Made by a program: the position numbers and the translations under genes. From Thermoleophilia bacterium (GTDB lineage Bacteria; Actinomycetota; Thermoleophilia; UBA2241), in NCBI GenBank assembly GCA_040769125.1, contig JAXGLO010000001.1, forward strand, positions 656,069 through 720,068: DNA of 64,000 bases, in the 5' to 3' direction. Of this stretch, positions 63,840 through 64,000 are shown in pieces (position 1 is the stretch's first letter; every line of letters begins with the position of its first letter). The notes beneath the pieces were generated by a model. That model was not told the origin of the DNA. It was given only the letters and a program-made list of their open reading frames with translations, and searched no databases.

Positions 63840-64000
63840 TAGAGGACCGGCAGGTACCGTTTGAGCTCGTAGTCGGTGACTTGCTCGCGATACTCGTACC
63901 ACTCGTTGAGCTTATTGGTCACGAAGCGCTCGAAGACGTGGTCACCGAGCGTGCGGCGTACGAGTTCGCTCTTCTGCGTCTCGGTGATCGCCTCGTAGAG
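63840..64000 (-). CDS. glnA: glutamine synthetase type I, C-terminal fragment (5' part outside window)
   Basis: My own translation of the minus strand gives ...LYEAITETQKSELVRRTLGDHVFERFVTNKLNEWYEYREQVTDYELKRYLPVL*, matching the conserved GlnA C-terminus. The frame is open to the window edge. Confidence 0.65.

Overview
This is a gene-dense, very GC-rich (roughly 70% by eye, not computed) bacterial chromosome segment. Protein signatures look Actinomycetota-like: a Mycobacterium-type IleRS, a class A PBP with a Pro/Thr tail, trxB-trxA and ask-asd. All calls rest on motifs read from the supplied translations; no homology search was possible. Many neighbouring genes overlap by 1-10 nt (ATGA/GTGA/TGATG), which implies operons.

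Layout:
- 1-7.0 kb: LuxR-type regulator fragment, marR plus a DHA2-type MFS exporter, PHP phosphatase plus lipid kinase, a divergent UDG-like gene, and a three-gene cassette (degenerate GGDEF membrane protein, small protein, Roadblock/LC7).
- 7.1-11.2 kb: iorA-iorB-ACT-paaK arylpyruvate/arylacetate cluster.
- 11.3-13.6 kb: class A PBP.
- 14.0-28.8 kb: a 13-ORF complex I (nuo) operon.
- 28.8-29.6 kb: ymdB-like phosphoesterase.
- 29.6-55.6 kb: a large Wzx/Wzy-type surface-glycopolymer locus. It contains a priming transferase, GT2/GT4/GT-C enzymes, a BY-kinase, a diacetamido-sugar trio, three FemAB-like genes, an ATP-grasp gene, DUF362, a deacetylase and a secreted beta-helix protein.
- 55.8-64 kb: housekeeping genes ileS, trxA, trxB, asd, ask/lysC, nadE and the 3' end of glnA.

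The most unusual feature is in the nuo operon. The order is A-B-C-D-H-[NuoI N-half::NuoE]-[HydB-type NuoF]-[NuoG N-terminal FeS::GltD/NfnB-like flavoenzyme::NuoI C-half]-J-K-L-M-N. A soluble NAD(P)H/flavin/FeS module therefore appears to be inserted into, and fused to both halves of, a split nuoI.

No rRNA, tRNA, CRISPR array, transposase or integrase was recognised. The many long Arg/Gly/Asp-rich ORFs antisense or out of frame to the called genes are treated as high-GC shadow ORFs.
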